From contig NZ_JACJSC010000008.1 of the NCBI RefSeq assembly GCF_014697575.1, positions 29,075-93,074 of the forward strand: 64,000 bases of DNA, written 5' to 3'. Positions 62,348 through 64,000 of the stretch are shown in pieces; the stretch's first letter is position 1, and every line of letters begins with the position of its first letter. Below the pieces are notes generated by a model that worked only from the letters and a program-made list of their open reading frames with translations, was not told the origin of the DNA and did not search any database. The translations under genes and the position numbers were made by a program. This DNA comes from Planktothrix sp. FACHB-1365. Lineage in GTDB: Bacteria > Cyanobacteriota > Cyanobacteriia > Cyanobacteriales > Microcoleaceae.

Positions 62348-62932
62348 TTAATTACTAGGGGTTTGTTGCTGCCATCCCATCCAGCGAGGATAACCCTTTT
62401 CATCCCGTAATTGTAAGGTTTGATTTCCTTTTTTAATTTCTCCGACCATTAAAGTTTGTTGTCCTCCCCAATTCACTCGCGTTCCCGTAACTTCTAGGGT
62501 ATCATTGGGTTGAATTTGAAAGTTTTGTTGATCTAAATACCACACTGGCCCAACATGAAGTCCGAGGGTTTCTGTATTCGTTTTAATCAGTAAATACATC
62601 CCGTGAGGCATTCGATTTCCACGATTTCCGCCTTGTATTTCTGTAACGGTTCCTTGAATTGTTTCTACACGACTCGGATCATACATCGAACGGGAATATT
62701 GACCTTTTGCACCGGAAGCATTTCCCCGCCAACCTTGACCCATCATGGGATGATTTTGCCCCATAAGTTGCTGACAAGGGGGATAAAAATTATTTCCATT
62801 ATTAGGGATAGGTTGGGGAGAATTTGGGTTAGACTGAGCAAATAAAGGATGGGAATAACCCAGAGAAATCAACGCAATACCTGTGGCGATCGCAAATCCT
62901 TTAATCTGAGTATGAGATCGGTTAATTTTCAT
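62348..62932 (-). CDS. Secreted protein with Met-rich segment and OB-fold (BOF/YgiW-like) pattern
   Basis: Signal peptide, Met/Gly-rich region (MGQNHPMMGQGW), then IQGTVTEI…MYLLIKTNTETLGLHVGP…TLEVTGTRVNW resembling OB-fold periplasmic proteins. Adjacent to a sensor kinase. Confidence 0.35.
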   Translation of the reverse strand: MKINRSHTQIKGFAIATGIALISLGYSHPLFAQSNPNSPQPIPNNGNNFYPPCQQLMGQNHPMMGQGWRGNASGAKGQYSRSMYDPSRVETIQGTVTEIQGGNRGNRMPHGMYLLIKTNTETLGLHVGPVWYLDQQNFQIQPNDTLEVTGTRVNWGGQQTLMVGEIKKGNQTLQLRDEKGYPRWMGWQQQTPSN

Positions 62933-63064
62933 GATCTATTTCCTCTGATCAATTTAACATTTCTATTAATAGTTCTAGTATAAAGTCTCCAGTTACTGGA
63001 GAGTCTAGATCAAGTTTAGAAAACTTTAGAAAAAATAGCAAATGTTTATAATCTAACCAGAAAA

Positions 63065-64000
63065 TTATCCTGATGCTTTCCCCTTAGAATAAGAGACAAG
63101 GGGTGCAGTTGGCTTCAAAGGTAATCGAATGGTAAAGGTACTACCGATTCCGGGTTGACTTTCTACCTCAATACTACCACGATGCGCTTGAACAATGGCT
63201 TGAACAATGGCTAATCCTAAGCCTGATCCTCCGGTTTTGCGAGAGCGATCGCTATGTACCCGATAAAATCGATCAAATATTCGAGATTGTTCGGTTAAAG
63301 GAATACCAATTCCTGTATCTTTGACTTGAATAATAGCTTGTTGATGACTAGAATTTAAACTTAAAATAATCTCACCGCCAGGGGGAGTATATTGAATTGC
63401 ATTAATGGCTAAATTAAAAATAACTCGATAGAGTTGTTCTTCATTTCCTAGAATATAAACGGGTTGTTTTTCTCGGATATCTGTAGTTACAAATAATTCA
63501 GAATTTAATACTATTACAGCGATCTCTTCTTCAAGATCACTGATTAAATCATTTAAACAGCATAATTTTTTAGGCAGAGGTAAAGCATCTTGATCCATAC
63601 GAGATAATAATAATAAATCCTTGACTAATTGGGAAAGTCTATAATTTTGCCTGTCTACAATTTTTAACGTTTCTTTGGCTTCAATTTCGGTCAAAGGTTC
63701 GAGTTTTATTGTGGATTCTACAGTAGCACGAATGGCGGCTAAAGGTGTTCTTAATTCGTGGGCTGCATCGGCGGTAAATTGTTGAATTTGTTGGTAAGAA
63801 TAATAAATGGGTTGCATGGCAATTCCGGCTAATTTCCAACTCGCAAACCCTACTAATATTAACGCTAAAGGTAAACCGATGACTACAATTAAGGTTACAA
63901 CATTCATATATTGATCAAAATCTTGTAGCGATCGCCCTAATTGTAAAATTCCCCAATTTTGTTGAGTTCGAGTGTGTAAAATTAAAGAATATTGACGATA
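63065..64000 (-). CDS. Sensor histidine kinase (partial; N-terminus beyond window end)
   Basis: HisKA (AAHELRTPLAAI) and HATPase_c (…GGSGLGLAIVQAIVQAHRGSIEVES). The reading frame stays open upstream to position 64000. Confidence 0.75.
   Translation of the reverse strand, partial: YRQYSLILHTRTQQNWGILQLGRSLQDFDQYMNVVTLIVVIGLPLALILVGFASWKLAGIAMQPIYYSYQQIQQFTADAAHELRTPLAAIRATVESTIKLEPLTEIEAKETLKIVDRQNYRLSQLVKDLLLLSRMDQDALPLPKKLCCLNDLISDLEEEIAVIVLNSELFVTTDIREKQPVYILGNEEQLYRVIFNLAINAIQYTPPGGEIILSLNSSHQQAIIQVKDTGIGIPLTEQSRIFDRFYRVHSDRSRKTGGSGLGLAIVQAIVQAHRGSIEVESQPGIGSTFTIRLPLKPTAPLVSYSKGKASG

Overview
Chromosomal segment of a cyanobacterium, judged from the dense HIP1 (GCGATCGC) palindromes and the gene content. 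That content includes chlL/chlN, two plant-type ferredoxins and cyanobacterial LptA-LptB-LptFG. Housekeeping genes present are grxC, glcD, pgl, a PacL-like Ca2+ P-type ATPase, a NupC nucleoside transporter, SpoIID/LytB, lptB/lptFG, chlL-chlN and two petF genes. These are interleaved with several accessory islets.

- (a) A fatty-acyl-AMP ligase gene is followed by four tandem, divergent delta-9-family membrane desaturase paralogs and a stand-alone ACP. This putative operon is split by a complete TnpB-only IS200/IS605 element with recognisable LE/RE hairpins.
- (b) An IscB (OMEGA, Cas9-ancestor) locus with a probable upstream omegaRNA lies between two FHA-domain genes.
- (c) A lipid-linked sugar cluster contains a UbiA-type decaprenyl-phosphate phosphoribosyltransferase homolog, an ArnE-like 4-TM flippase subunit, GT-C glycosyltransferases, two NAD-dependent epimerases and a GMC oxidoreductase.
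- (d) A low-GC, translationally coupled three-gene cassette sits immediately downstream of chlN. It encodes a DUF262 ParB-like protein, an ABC/AAA ATPase with a DUF3696-like tail and a 313-aa unknown protein, followed by an orphan HicB-like gene. This is the best candidate for an undescribed defence system.
- (e) A PrlF/YhaV toxin-antitoxin pair lies beside a frameshifted HEPN-like pseudogene, and the islet has truncated an Old-Yellow-Enzyme gene.
- (f) A 245-bp MITE-like element has perfect 18-bp terminal inverted repeats, and solo copies of its terminal motif occur elsewhere.

The window also holds an acidic tandem-repeat protein between chlL and chlN, remnants of TpsA and HicA genes, and a DUF928/TpsB pair. 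No CRISPR array, rRNA or convincing tRNA was seen. All domain assignments come from reading motifs by eye and need HMM or BLAST confirmation.
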